DNA from: an uncultured Fibrobacteraceae bacterium
Lineage (GTDB): Bacteria; Krumholzibacteriota; Krumholzibacteriia; LZORAL124-64-63
Direction: 5' to 3'
NCBI GenBank assembly: GCA_964384055.1
Contig: CAYLIV010000045.1
Span: 1-29,138, forward strand
Length of the DNA stretch: 29,138 bases
The position numbers and the translations under genes were made by a program. Within the stretch, counting starts at the first letter, position 1. Each line of letters begins with the position of its first letter. Of this stretch, positions 16,795 to 26,682 are shown piece by piece. The notes beneath the pieces are model-generated. The model saw only the letters and a program-made list of their open reading frames with translations. It searched no databases and was not told the origin of the DNA.

Positions 16795-18831
16795 ATGGAA
16801 ATCAGCGGCAAGAAGAGTCTGCCCGAGAATGCGTACCGCACGCTCAAACCGGGAGAGGAGTACGTCCCGGTCATCCCGGCCAGCAAGATCGTGCCGGAAG
16901 TGACCGGATACTCCCTGTTCTGGGGTTTGTTCTATGCGGTGCTGTTCTCCGCTGCCTGCGCCTATCTGGGGCTGAAGATCGGCCAGGTATTCGAGGCGGC
17001 GATCCCCATCACCATCCTGGCCATCGGCCTGAGCGGTCTGCTGAAGAAGAAGGACGCTCTGCAGCAGAACGTCATCATCCAGTCTATCGGATCGGCCTCG
17101 GGCGTGGTGGTTGCCGGCGCGATTTTCACCGTGCCGGGTCTGTATATACTCGGGCTCGACCAGCAAGCGGGATTTTTCCGGATCTTCATGGCGTCGCTGC
17201 TCGGCGGCTGCCTGGGTATCCTGTTCCTGATTCCGTTCCGCCGTTATTTCGTCAAGGACATGCACGGTGAGTTCCCGTTCCCCGAGGCCACGGCGTCCAC
17301 CGAGGTGCTGATGGCCGGCGAAGCGGGTGGCGGTCAGGCCAAGATCCTGATCCAGGCGGGCGCCTTTGCCGGCGTCTACAATTTCCTGTCGGGCACGCTG
17401 GGACTCTGGCGCGAACGCTTCACGACCACGACCTTCAACTGGGGCAACAACCTGGCAACCGACGTGCGGCTCGAGTTCCGCATGCTCGTCGACGCCGCGG
17501 TCGTGGGTCTGGGCTACATCGTCGGCCTGAAGTACGCGCTGATCATCGCCTCGGGTTCGTTCCTGGCCTGGTGGGTGCTCATCCCCGCGGTCGGTTTCAT
17601 CGGCAAGGAATTCGAGGTCGCCGAGATCATCGCCATGACGCCCCAGACCATTTTCGAAGACTACGTCCGGCACATCGGCATCGGGACCATCGCCATGGCG
17701 GGCCTGATCGGTGTCTGGAAGTCGCGCGCCATCATCGTCGGGGCCTTCAAACTGGCGCTCGGTGAGATCGGTGGCGGCAAGGCCGGCGGAGCCGAGGGTC
17801 CGATCGAGCGAACCCAGAGCGACCTGCCCATGAAGCTGGTGTGGGGGCTGATGATCATCACGCTGATCGTCGTCTTCGCCTTTTTCTGGTTTGGCGTCAC
17901 CGGTGCGCTGGGTTGGGCGATCACGGGCCTGTTGATCGTGGCGGTCATCGCGTTTCTGTTCACCACCGTGGCAGCGCGCGCCATCGCCATCGTCGGCACC
18001 AACCCGGTCTCCGGCATGACCCTGATGACCCTGATCATCAGTTCGGTGATCCTCAACGCGGTCGGTCTGAAGGGCGACAGCGGCATCGTCTGCGCCCTGC
18101 TGATCGGCGGCGTGGTCTGTACTGCGCTGTCCATGAGCGGCGGTTTCATCAGCGATCTGAAGATTGGCTACTGGCTGGGCACCACGCCGCGCGTGCAGCA
18201 GCAGTGGAAGTTCCTCGGCACGATCTTTTCCGCCGCCGCGGTCGCCGGTGTGATCATGGTCCTGAACAAGGTCTACGGCTTCGGCGCGGGCAGCCCGCTC
18301 GAGGCGCCGCAGGCCAGCGCCATGGCCGCGGTGATCCAGCCCCTGATGACCGGCGATCCGGCGCCGTGGCTGCTCTACATGGGCGGTTGTTTCATGGCCC
18401 TGGTGCTCGAGTTCATCGGCGTGCCACCGCTGGCCTTCGCCCTGGGCATGTACCTGCCGTTGCACCTGAACACCCCGATTCTGGCCGGCGGGCTGGTGGC
18501 CTACTTCTCCACCAAGGGCTCGACCGAGGAAATCCGGGGCAAGCGGAAAGAAAAGGGTACGCTGATCGCCTCCGGCTTCGTGGCCGGTGGTGCGATCATC
18601 GGCGTCGTTTCCGCGTTCATCCTGTTCTTCGGCCAGATGATCGCCGAGAAGTCCGGCTGGACCAAGACGCTCCATGACGGCACCGTGGTGGAGGCCAGCG
18701 ACTGGTCGCTGATCCATGCGCTGGGCTTGCATCACTGGGTCGAGGAAAATCCGGCCTCGGCAATCGTGTCGGTGGTCGTGTTCGCGCTGCTCTGCTTCTA
18801 CATGTATCGCACCGCCAAGAAGGCGAGGTAG
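16795..18831 (+). CDS. OPT-family oligopeptide transporter
   Basis: 678 aa with about 16 hydrophobic helices. The ATG follows GGAGG. The glycine-rich helical pattern is typical of the OPT superfamily. It is divergent from pepT across a 277-bp intergenic region. Confidence 0.75.
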   Translation: MEISGKKSLPENAYRTLKPGEEYVPVIPASKIVPEVTGYSLFWGLFYAVLFSAACAYLGLKIGQVFEAAIPITILAIGLSGLLKKKDALQQNVIIQSIGSASGVVVAGAIFTVPGLYILGLDQQAGFFRIFMASLLGGCLGILFLIPFRRYFVKDMHGEFPFPEATASTEVLMAGEAGGGQAKILIQAGAFAGVYNFLSGTLGLWRERFTTTTFNWGNNLATDVRLEFRMLVDAAVVGLGYIVGLKYALIIASGSFLAWWVLIPAVGFIGKEFEVAEIIAMTPQTIFEDYVRHIGIGTIAMAGLIGVWKSRAIIVGAFKLALGEIGGGKAGGAEGPIERTQSDLPMKLVWGLMIITLIVVFAFFWFGVTGALGWAITGLLIVAVIAFLFTTVAARAIAIVGTNPVSGMTLMTLIISSVILNAVGLKGDSGIVCALLIGGVVCTALSMSGGFISDLKIGYWLGTTPRVQQQWKFLGTIFSAAAVAGVIMVLNKVYGFGAGSPLEAPQASAMAAVIQPLMTGDPAPWLLYMGGCFMALVLEFIGVPPLAFALGMYLPLHLNTPILAGGLVAYFSTKGSTEEIRGKRKEKGTLIASGFVAGGAIIGVVSAFILFFGQMIAEKSGWTKTLHDGTVVEASDWSLIHALGLHHWVEENPASAIVSVVVFALLCFYMYRTAKKAR

Positions 18832-18875
18832 GACAGCCGTCGGTTGCCGGTAGCAATTGCGAAGCGAATCAACTG

Positions 18876-18900
18876 GGGCCGCCGGACATCTGGCGGCCCT
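18876..18900 (+). terminator. GC hairpin downstream of the OPT gene (stem GGGCCGCC/GGCGGCCC) with only a weak TT tail
   Basis: 8-bp perfect stem with an 8-nt loop. There is no strong U-tract. Confidence 0.3.
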
Positions 18901-18939
18901 TGACTGAAGAAGCCAGATCCGAAAACGAGGTTCACACCG

Positions 18940-19425
18940 ATGAACGAATGTCCCTGCGGTTCCGGAGCGTCCTTTGCCGATTGCTGCGGGCCCTTGATCG
19001 GCGGCGAGAGGAAAGCCGAAACCGCCGAGCAGTTGATGCGTTCACGCTACAGCGCTTACACACAGGTGGAGATGGACTACCTGCTGGCCACGCTGCATCC
19101 GGACAAACGGGCCGAACACGACGAGGAAAGCGCTCGCCAGTGGGCGTCTGATTCCCAATGGCACGGTCTCGAAATCCGTTCCGCCGTTGATGGCGGTGAA
19201 GACGACGCCAAGGGCAGCGTGGAGTTCGTCGCCGAGTTCACCTACGACGGCGAGCGCCAGGTCCATCACGAAAACGCGTTTTTCAGCAAGGAAGACGGCC
19301 AGTGGTACTTCGTCGAGGGCGAGCCGGTCAAGACGCAGCCTTTCGTACGCGAAGCGCCGAAGGTCGGTCGTAACGAACCGTGCCCCTGTGGCAGCGGTGA
19401 GAAATTCAAGCGTTGTTGCGGCTAG
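18940..19425 (+). CDS. ychJ: YchJ-family (UPF0225) protein with SEC-C metal-binding motifs at both termini
   Basis: 161 aa with CPCGSG…CCG at the N-terminus and [15 protein letters not shown] at the C-terminus. Confidence 0.8.
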   Translation: MNECPCGSGASFADCCGPLIGGERKAETAEQLMRSRYSAYTQVEMDYLLATLHPDKRAEHDEESARQWASDSQWHGLEIRSAVDGGEDDAKGSVEFVAEFTYDGERQVHHENAFFSKEDGQWYFVEGEPVKTQPFVREAPKVGRNEPCPCGSGEKFKRCCG

Positions 19426-19454
19426 TGAGCCTGCCGATCGCGAAGGAGCCGTCG

Positions 19455-20564
19455 ATGAGAGCCCGGAATAGCCACCGACCATATGGCACGCACTGCTGGG
19501 TAGGGTTCGTTGTAGTCCTGCTGACCCTGCCGATGCTGCCTGCGGTTACGGCCGCCCAGGACGATACGGACAAGAGTCCGCTGCTCGAGATCAGGAGTTT
19601 GCTCGACGCCGCCAAGGACCTCGGCGCCAAGCGTAATCTGTCCGAGGAGTATCGTCGCCTCGAAGGCGAGTTGAAAGACGCCGAACAGAGCGGTTGCGAT
19701 CAGGACGCGATCGAGCGCATGCGTACGCGGGGGCGTCGACTCGTGAACGCGGCCGAGCTGTTGCGTGAGATACGCGGTCACAAGAATCCGCTGGCCACGC
19801 TCCTGGGCCGCTATGATCGCTCGTTGGTGGAAATCGCGGCGCTCTACGACCTGGCGATACCGGAGACGCTGACCGGCCCTGCTGGCGCCGACGCCCTGCT
19901 GCAAGCGCTGAGCCGGCGCGTGCTGGCGCGGACCATGCTGATCGATTCCTTGACCGTGGTCAATCGTCGGTTGCAGACCGAAACCGTGGGCACGATCGCC
20001 GCCCAGGAATCGACACTGACCGCCTTGCAGGTCGAGGTCAGCAGTCTACGTCACCGATTGTGGGAAACCGAGCTGCGTGCCGGCGTGGCCGAGGCGGATC
20101 GCAGCGCTGCGGAATCGGTGCTCACCAGGCGCCAGCAGCGCGAAGAGGCGATCCGGCAGATCGGCGACACCTTCGCCGCACAAGACGGCGAGGTCGTATT
20201 GTCGCCGGAAGGCGAAATCAGGGTTCGCGTTTTCGGCTTCACCTTTGCTGTCGGCAGCGCGACGCTCAGGACCGAGCGGACGGATCTGCTGGAGAATCTG
20301 GTTGCCGCTATCGGGCTTTTCCCCGCTGCTACCATACGGGTCGAAGGCCACACCGACGATACCGGCAGTCGCGATGCCAACCAGCGTTTGTCCCGCCGCC
20401 GGGCCGAAACCGTGGCGGATCTGCTGGCCAAGCGGTTGTCGCTGCCTGCGGAGCGTTTGCAGTCGACCGGCCTGGGACCGGACTTTCCCATCGCTCCCAA
20501 CAGCCGGCCGGAGGGACGTTCTCGGAACCGTCGCATCGAAGTCGTGATTCTGCCGGCACCGTGA
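19455..20564 (+). CDS. OmpA-family protein: signal peptide, central coiled-coil region, C-terminal OmpA-like peptidoglycan-binding domain
   Basis: The ATG at 19455 follows AAGGAG. A signal peptide VVVLLTLPMLPAVTAAQ is present. The C-terminal VEGHTDDTGSRDANQRLSRRRAETV…NRRIEVVIL is a classic OmpA-domain motif. The gene starts 30 bp after ychJ, which suggests an operon. Confidence 0.75.
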   Translation: MRARNSHRPYGTHCWVGFVVVLLTLPMLPAVTAAQDDTDKSPLLEIRSLLDAAKDLGAKRNLSEEYRRLEGELKDAEQSGCDQDAIERMRTRGRRLVNAAELLREIRGHKNPLATLLGRYDRSLVEIAALYDLAIPETLTGPAGADALLQALSRRVLARTMLIDSLTVVNRRLQTETVGTIAAQESTLTALQVEVSSLRHRLWETELRAGVAEADRSAAESVLTRRQQREEAIRQIGDTFAAQDGEVVLSPEGEIRVRVFGFTFAVGSATLRTERTDLLENLVAAIGLFPAATIRVEGHTDDTGSRDANQRLSRRRAETVADLLAKRLSLPAERLQSTGLGPDFPIAPNSRPEGRSRNRRIEVVILPAP

Positions 20565-20649
20565 CGAGGCAACAACCATCGCTTGCGGTGACAGAGGTTG
20601 TCCTGGTGGGCGACAGCTTCGTGGCGGGTTACCACGCCGGTTTCCGACA

Positions 20650-21219
20650 CTATTCCTTCAGTAGATTCGCCACCAGCTTGAAGTCGTCCGTCCTGGCTCG
20701 CTTGAGGATCTCGAACATGATCATCTCGACGCCCATGTTCCGGACACCGAGATCCGCCATGCACCGCAGCCCGATCTCGCGATCGGCCGCGCGCCGGGAG
20801 CTGACGGCATCGACGGCGACCGTTACCAGCTTGTCCCTGTTGACCAGATCCAGCGCGGTCTGATACACACAGACGTGCGTTTCGATGCCGCAGAGGATCA
20901 GCTGATCACGTCCGAGCTGATCGATCGTGTTGTTGAATTCACCGTTGCCGCAGCAGCTGAAACTGATCTTCTCGATGGGCTCGAAGGGATCGAAGAGCCG
21001 CCGCAATTCGGGTAAGGTCACGCCGAGGCCGCGGGGATAGTGTTCGGTCGTCACGATCGGGATCTGCAACTGCTGGCAGAAACGAATCAAACGGTCGGTG
21101 GCGGCGACCACCGCCGGCATACCGTGAATGATATCTCGAAACCGCTCTTGCAGATCGATCACGACCACTGCGACACGTTGTTTTTGCAGCCGCTGGTAGC
21201 GATTGCCTTCGGGTACCAT
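20650..21219 (-). CDS. Isochorismatase-family cysteine hydrolase
   Basis: 189 aa with VAVVVIDLQERF, TTEH, and LILCGIETHVCV carrying the catalytic Cys. Confidence 0.75.
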   Translation of the reverse strand: MVPEGNRYQRLQKQRVAVVVIDLQERFRDIIHGMPAVVAATDRLIRFCQQLQIPIVTTEHYPRGLGVTLPELRRLFDPFEPIEKISFSCCGNGEFNNTIDQLGRDQLILCGIETHVCVYQTALDLVNRDKLVTVAVDAVSSRRAADREIGLRCMADLGVRNMGVEMIMFEILKRARTDDFKLVANLLKE

Positions 21220-21259
21220 TGACGAATCCTCCTGAGTGCGTGCGCCGGCACGAGAGGCC

Positions 21260-21754
21260 TCAATCGGCCAGCGTGAATTCCCAGCTACAGAACCACTGCT
21301 CCGGATGATCGTCCGGAGGGCAGGCGATACAGCGAGTCTCGATCCGCGGGTCGACCGTCCTGGCGAAGGTCGAGTACTCCACGATACCTACTTCCTTGCA
21401 CGGGAAATCGGCAAGCCCTTTTCGGGCGCGTGTTCCCTGGACGCGGCATTGCCGCATGCGGAACACGACCCTGCGGTCGCTGCGTTCGCCGATCTCCTGT
21501 TCGTTCAGGTGCCCGTAGAGACGGTGCTGCAGGCAGGCGACGAGCGCGTCCACACCGCCGCCGGGTTCGATATCCAGGCGTTTCATGATTCGCCGGGCCT
21601 CGATGGGGGAGAAGCGGCTCCAGGCTGTGGCATCGTGGGCGATGGCCTGGTCGAGCCCGGCGTCGTTTTCGATGGCCTGAAACCACAGGCCGTCGTGGGC
21701 GAGCCATAGCTTGGCAGCATCTTGCAGCCAGCCCAGCAGCTCTTCCTTGCTCAT
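21260..21754 (-). CDS. Hypothetical protein with Cys-rich C-terminus (…CKEVG…CIACPPDDHPEQWFCSWEF); family not recognised
   Basis: The ORF is open from 21889 with a GTG start, but that would overlap the upstream PLD gene by 32 bp. The internal ATG at 21754 (MSKEELLGWLQ…) is taken as the start. No motif is known to me. Confidence 0.4.
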   Translation of the reverse strand: MSKEELLGWLQDAAKLWLAHDGLWFQAIENDAGLDQAIAHDATAWSRFSPIEARRIMKRLDIEPGGGVDALVACLQHRLYGHLNEQEIGERSDRRVVFRMRQCRVQGTRARKGLADFPCKEVGIVEYSTFARTVDPRIETRCIACPPDDHPEQWFCSWEFTLAD

Positions 21755-21857
21755 GTCCGCGAAGGGATAGGGCAGTGACACGGTCAGGTCCTTTCTGGTT
21801 GCTGTGCCTGTTGCCGATGGTCCGTCTGGCCGCCGACCGCCGCGGTCGGCCAGCCTG

Positions 21858-23207
21858 CTATTCTCGCCGCGGCGGTTCGTACTGTCCACAGGGATCGACC
21901 ACTTCAGCGAATTCGCTGGACCAGCTGCGCGCGAAGAATCGATCGAGCGTCGCGGTACAGCCGTCGCCGCGCAAGAATAGACTGATATTGCGCGATGAGT
22001 GGAAATAGCTGCGCGACCAGTTGGCCGTGCCGAGCCAGCCGGCCTGCCGGTCGGCGGTCAGGTATTTGGCGTGCTCCACCCGGGCGTAGGGCACGAAACC
22101 GCTCGAGTGTTCGGGGATGTTGGTGAAGCGGATCTCGAGGTTGGGCAGTACGGCCAGGCTCTGGATGTGCGGCAGCATGTAGTGGCGTTTCGACCAGTTG
22201 GCGAGGATCATCCTGACCTGCACGCCGCGCGCCGCCGCTCGCCGGAGCGCGTTGTCCAGAGCAGCGTAGAAACCGCCCGAGCGGTCGGTCGGGTTGTAGC
22301 TCAGCAACTGCACCCGCAACGTGTCGCGAGCCGTATCGATCATGTCGATCAGCATCGGCTCATCCCAGGGAACGCCGGCGGGCAGGGCGTGAGGCGGACT
22401 GGCTGCCAGACATCCCTCGACGACACGGTCGTTCGCGGTCAGCATTGGCTGATAAGCGGCCGGCGTCGTCGTGTGCACATGGCCGGGTTCGGCACCCGTG
22501 ACCCCGCTGTGCGCCGGCGTCGAGTCCGCTACCGGGTTCAGTTCGCCGATGTCGTCGGCCAGCAACCAGTCGTGGCGAAAGAGCGCCTGGAAAGTCGCGG
22601 CCAGTTCGCGCTGCCGGATGACCGCACCGAGCTCGCGGATGTGCTCCAGCGCGCGCCAGTCCCAGTTCTGGCTGCCCAGAAATACCGTCTTGCCGTCGAT
22701 CACGAATCCCTTGGCGTGCTGTACGCCTCCCCAGAGTGTGCGTGCGTCCAGCAAGCGGACATCGATGCCCGCGATCGCGGCGAGTCGGCGGGTGCACTCG
22801 GGATACAGCGTGTCGAAGCTCCGGTCGGCCAGAACACGGACCCGTACGCCGCGCGCCGCCGCTCTGGCGACGGCGGCGAGGACCGGCTCGAGCCGACCGG
22901 AACCGCCAGGTCGGGAACTGAAGTAGAACGACTCGATGTCCAGCGATGTTCGCGCGCCGTCGATCAGCTCGATCCAGACCGAGGCGGCGTCGTCCAGGTC
23001 GGGTAGATCGAGTGCCGTCTCCGTCGGTACGCTTTCGACGAATTCGATGGAGCCGTCGACGACGGCGGTCTGCGCCCGGCTCGATCCCGGAAGATCACCG
23101 CTGGACAGCAGCAGCAAGAGCGCGATCAGCGCGCTGACACCGCCTCGACATTGCCGGTAACGGTGCTGGTGTGATTGTCGGCAATCAGGCACGCATGTCT
23201 CCCTCAT
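21858..23207 (-). CDS. Phospholipase-D superfamily protein with two HKD motifs (cardiolipin-synthase/PLD-like), probably secreted
   Basis: HAKGFVIDGKTVFLGSQNW and HAKYLTADRQAGWLGTANW are HxK(x)4D(x)6GSxN motifs. A hydrophobic leader (ALIALLLLLSSG) is present. The ATG at 23207 is chosen; the ORF track extends to 23426 and a GTG or TTG start nearer the signal peptide is possible. Confidence 0.65.
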   Translation of the reverse strand: MRETCVPDCRQSHQHRYRQCRGGVSALIALLLLLSSGDLPGSSRAQTAVVDGSIEFVESVPTETALDLPDLDDAASVWIELIDGARTSLDIESFYFSSRPGGSGRLEPVLAAVARAAARGVRVRVLADRSFDTLYPECTRRLAAIAGIDVRLLDARTLWGGVQHAKGFVIDGKTVFLGSQNWDWRALEHIRELGAVIRQRELAATFQALFRHDWLLADDIGELNPVADSTPAHSGVTGAEPGHVHTTTPAAYQPMLTANDRVVEGCLAASPPHALPAGVPWDEPMLIDMIDTARDTLRVQLLSYNPTDRSGGFYAALDNALRRAAARGVQVRMILANWSKRHYMLPHIQSLAVLPNLEIRFTNIPEHSSGFVPYARVEHAKYLTADRQAGWLGTANWSRSYFHSSRNISLFLRGDGCTATLDRFFARSWSSEFAEVVDPCGQYEPPRRE

Positions 23208-23591
23208 TGCAGTACGCACGGCCGTGTGATCTCGACCATACCATGCCGGCGGGTCGTCGCTCAGGGGAAAATCCGGCCGCGTCGCGGATCGAGGCGACCG
23301 GCGGCAGCGCACCGGTACGCAACGGAAACACCTGGCGCTCCCGCCACTCGCGGCTATACTATCCAGGACACACCTGCGGTAGTTTACCATCGACGAATCA
23401 GGTCGACGGATCGTACCGACCGCCACCTGTCCGGCCTGCCACCGCTAACCGCCCGGATCATTCACTCCCGGATTTCCCCATCCGTCTCCCCGCACAACTC
23501 GACGCGTTTCCCTTGTTTGCCGCCAGTCTAGCGGCGGCCGACGCCCGTGCGAGTGCGCGTTATCCGACTACCCACGACCAAAGGAGCACTC

Positions 23592-24626
23592 ATGTCAAAC
23601 CGGAATGATAAGCCTGACGATCGTACGCAGCACGCATCCCAGACCCTGGGGCAGATGATCAGTGGTTTTCTCGTCACGCAGGCCGTGTATGTCGCCGCCC
23701 GCCTCGGTCTGGCCGATCTGCTGGCCGACCGACCGCGATCGGTCCCCGACCTGGCCCGCTCACTGGAAGTGGACTGCGACGCGTTGCGCCGTTTGCTGCG
23801 GGTACTGGCCGGCGTCGGCGTGTTCGAGTCCGACGACGACGAGCTTTTTCGGCAGACCGCCCTGTCGGGCTGGCTGCGGTCGGATCGTCCGTCGCTGCGC
23901 AACTTCGCGCTCTGGGCGGGTGGCGACTGGACGTGGCGGCCGTTCGGCGCGCTGTCGCGGGTCGTCGAGACCGGACGCCCGGCATATCCCGACGTATTCG
24001 ATTGTCCCATCGACGAGTACCTCGCTCGCCACAGCGAAGCCGCGCAGGTATTCAATGACGTGATGGTGGAGCGGACGCAACCGGTGGCGACGGCCCTGGC
24101 CGCCGCCTACGATTTCGGCGCCGCCCGCCAGGTCGTCGATGTCGGCGGCGGGCTGGGCTGCCTGCTCGCCGAGGTGTTGAACGCGCACCGACACCTGCAG
24201 GGGACGCTGTTCGAATTGCCCGCGGTCGCCGAGCGCGCGCGGGCGTGGCTCGCCGATCAGCGGTTCGGCGATCGGTGTCGGATCGTGGCAGGCGACTTCC
24301 GGCGGCAGTTTCCGGTCACCGGCGACGTCTGCATCCTGTCGAGCGTGGTCCATGACTGGGACGATACGCAGGCGCGGGCCCTGTTGCGGCGCTGCCGGGA
24401 CGCGCTCCGGCCCGACGGACGGTTGCTGCTCGTGGAATACGTGCTGCGCCCGGACGCGGGACCGGATCCGGCGAAATTCTCGGATCTGATCATGCTGGTC
24501 AGCGGCACGGGACGGGAGCGCACCGAGGACGAGTTCCAGGACCTGCTCGAATGCTCCGGATTTACGTTCGAAGGCAGCCGACCGCTGGCGGCGGGGCAGT
24601 ACTTGATCGAGGGACGCGTGCCGTGA
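23592..24626 (+). CDS. Class-I SAM-dependent O-methyltransferase (plant/bacterial OMT, PF00891-like, with N-terminal dimerisation domain)
   Basis: The ATG at 23592 follows AAGGAG. The SAM motif VVDVGGGLG, F…DF and a HDW motif are present. 344 aa. Confidence 0.7.
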   Translation: MSNRNDKPDDRTQHASQTLGQMISGFLVTQAVYVAARLGLADLLADRPRSVPDLARSLEVDCDALRRLLRVLAGVGVFESDDDELFRQTALSGWLRSDRPSLRNFALWAGGDWTWRPFGALSRVVETGRPAYPDVFDCPIDEYLARHSEAAQVFNDVMVERTQPVATALAAAYDFGAARQVVDVGGGLGCLLAEVLNAHRHLQGTLFELPAVAERARAWLADQRFGDRCRIVAGDFRRQFPVTGDVCILSSVVHDWDDTQARALLRRCRDALRPDGRLLLVEYVLRPDAGPDPAKFSDLIMLVSGTGRERTEDEFQDLLECSGFTFEGSRPLAAGQYLIEGRVP

Positions 24627-24639
24627 TCCCGAGGTGGGA

Positions 24640-26682
24640 TCACGGATTCTCCGCCAGCCAACGACGAGCTCGTTCGTCATCCGGCCGCAGCCTGAGCAAA
24701 CGCTGATAGGCTTGTCTGGCCAGTTGCAGCCGACCGGTGCGTTCGTACACGCCGGCCAGGTTGCCCAGCGCCTGCCAGTTGTCCGGTTGCCGGCGCAGCA
24801 GTTCGGTGAAGGTGGTCTCGGCCTCCTGCAGGCGCTCGAGCTGGATCAACGCCAGCCCGACACCGAACAGGGCGTAATTGTTGGTCCCGTCCGCGGCAGC
24901 CCGCTGAAAGCGCGGCAGCGCCTCGGCGGCCTGGCCCTGACCCAGGAGAATCCAGGCCTGGCCGAGCAACGCGCCGGTGTTGTCCGGATCGATCTCCAGC
25001 GCACGGGCGAAATGCCCTATCGCCTCGTCGCGACGCTGCAATCGGAGCAGCAGGTCGCCGAGGTTGACGTGCGCAGCCGCGCTGTTCGACCGTTCCCGTG
25101 TCCACCGGCCGTAGAGTTGCAGTGCTTCGGACTGGCGGCCGAGTTGCAGCAGGATGTTGCCGCGTTCGGCGAAGAGGTAGTCAGCGATCCATGCGAGCCG
25201 TTCCGGCGAGGCATACGACCGGTATTCAAAGGCGCGTTCGTAGGCCCGACTCGCCCGATCCAGCTTGCCGGCTGCGGCGTAACTCTGTCCCAGCGAGCGC
25301 CAGATGAACGGATTCTTGAAGCCCTCGGCGGGCCGGAAGTTCAGAGCGTCGGGGATGATCGCGAATGCCAGTACCGCCGCGGCGACGATCAGCCCCGGTT
25401 TCGCACCGGCCCAGGAACGACCACGCCACATGGTCCACAGCCAGTCCAGCCCGCCGCCGGCCGCTACGGACAGCAGCGCCAGCGCCGGCAACCGAAACCG
25501 CGCGTTGACGAAGAACGCGAGCAAGGTCACTGCGTAAGCGGCGGGAACCGCGAGCAGCACGAAACGGCGCGCCGGAAGCAGATCGCGCCGAAACCACCCC
25601 AGCACGGCCAGCGCCAAGATCGGCGCCCAGCCGAGCCACACGGGCCAGCGCAACAGAGGCGATCGATCTCGCCAGAAGTAGATGTTCTTGTTGTTCGAAC
25701 GTTCGCCGGCCGCGAAGAGATAACGCAGCTTGGCCGCATAGAGCCGCGCCGCCTCACCGGGTTCGCGCATCAGGAAATCCAGTCCCTTGCGGTAATAAAA
25801 ACGATCGACCTGCGACGGCCGGAGTGAGCGCCCGCTCTCGTTTTCCGCCAGCGCGGTCACCTGATCGGTCAAGCCCTCCCAGGACGCTGCCGTCCCGGGT
25901 ACATAAACGCTCATACCGTCGGCCTGGCTGTTGTTGCCGACGTAGAAATTGACGCCGCCCGAGCTGGCAATGAGGACCGGGTCATGCCCTTTGAACAGAT
26001 TGTAACCGGTTACCGGCAGCAGCGGCAGTGCCATGCCCAGCAGCAGGAAAAGCCAGGCGCGCGGAGGTCGCAGACCGCCATGCCGGTACAGATACCAGGC
26101 AATCACCGGCACGAGGATCAGCACGTTGGGGCGCGTCACCGCACACAGCCCCCACAGCACACCGGCCAGCAGCAATCGTTGCGGAACCGCCTGCCGGCGC
26201 GCGTCCGTCTCGGCCGCGAGCAGGGCCCACAGCAGGGCGAGCAACAGGGTCGACGCCAGGCTCGTGGCCAGCAATTCGCCGGCGAAGTAGACACTCGTCC
26301 AGGCGCCGGCCAGCAGCAACCCCGCGAGCCAACCCGCCCGGCGGTTCCAGATCCGCGCCGCGCACAGGGCCGCCAGGCCGGCACCGCCGGCGGAGACCAC
26401 ACCGTGCGCCAGTTGAACGAGCAGGCGGTTGTCCAGTCCGAAGATCTTGTAGAGCAGGGCCAGGAAGTATGGATAGAGCGGCGCCTGGAAAAACGGGTTC
26501 GCCGTCGGCCAGGTGCCGTTCAGTATCCCCCGCGCAAGATCGTCGTACACCTGCTCGTCCATGATGGGATGCACGAAATGGGGATTGATGTCCGGGTTGG
26601 CGCTGATCAGGACGTGTGCAAAGCGCGTCGCCAGGGCAATAGCGCTCACGCCCCAAAACATCGTATGCTGCTTGGACCTCAT
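24640..26682 (-). CDS. Glycosyltransferase family-39 (ArnT/PMT-like) membrane domain fused to C-terminal TPR repeats
   Basis: The N-terminal 430 aa or so are polytopic, with an ArnT/PMT-like first loop (…DEQVYDDLARGILNG…). The C-terminal 250 aa contain at least 6 TPR units (YAAAGKLDRASRAYERAFEY…, ALGNLAGVYERTGRLQLARQAYQRLLRLRPDD). It is convergent with the OMT gene, whose stop lies 13 bp away. Confidence 0.65.
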   Translation of the reverse strand: MRSKQHTMFWGVSAIALATRFAHVLISANPDINPHFVHPIMDEQVYDDLARGILNGTWPTANPFFQAPLYPYFLALLYKIFGLDNRLLVQLAHGVVSAGGAGLAALCAARIWNRRAGWLAGLLLAGAWTSVYFAGELLATSLASTLLLALLWALLAAETDARRQAVPQRLLLAGVLWGLCAVTRPNVLILVPVIAWYLYRHGGLRPPRAWLFLLLGMALPLLPVTGYNLFKGHDPVLIASSGGVNFYVGNNSQADGMSVYVPGTAASWEGLTDQVTALAENESGRSLRPSQVDRFYYRKGLDFLMREPGEAARLYAAKLRYLFAAGERSNNKNIYFWRDRSPLLRWPVWLGWAPILALAVLGWFRRDLLPARRFVLLAVPAAYAVTLLAFFVNARFRLPALALLSVAAGGGLDWLWTMWRGRSWAGAKPGLIVAAAVLAFAIIPDALNFRPAEGFKNPFIWRSLGQSYAAAGKLDRASRAYERAFEYRSYASPERLAWIADYLFAERGNILLQLGRQSEALQLYGRWTRERSNSAAAHVNLGDLLLRLQRRDEAIGHFARALEIDPDNTGALLGQAWILLGQGQAAEALPRFQRAAADGTNNYALFGVGLALIQLERLQEAETTFTELLRRQPDNWQALGNLAGVYERTGRLQLARQAYQRLLRLRPDDERARRWLAENP

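Noticed and set aside
16771-18735. 654-aa ORF on the minus strand opposite the OPT transporter gene
   Set aside because: It is a low-complexity Arg/Asp/Gly/His-rich translation with no hydrophobic core or motifs. It is the reverse frame of a clearly real polytopic transporter in >65% GC DNA, so it is a GC-driven artefact. The same holds for 17841..18677 (+) and 17661..18149 (−).
21755-21889. GTG-initiated 45-codon N-terminal extension of the Cys-rich hypothetical protein
   Set aside because: It would overlap the upstream PLD-like gene by 32 bp. The ATG at 21754 gives a compact protein. The start therefore remains uncertain and is recorded at 0.4 confidence.
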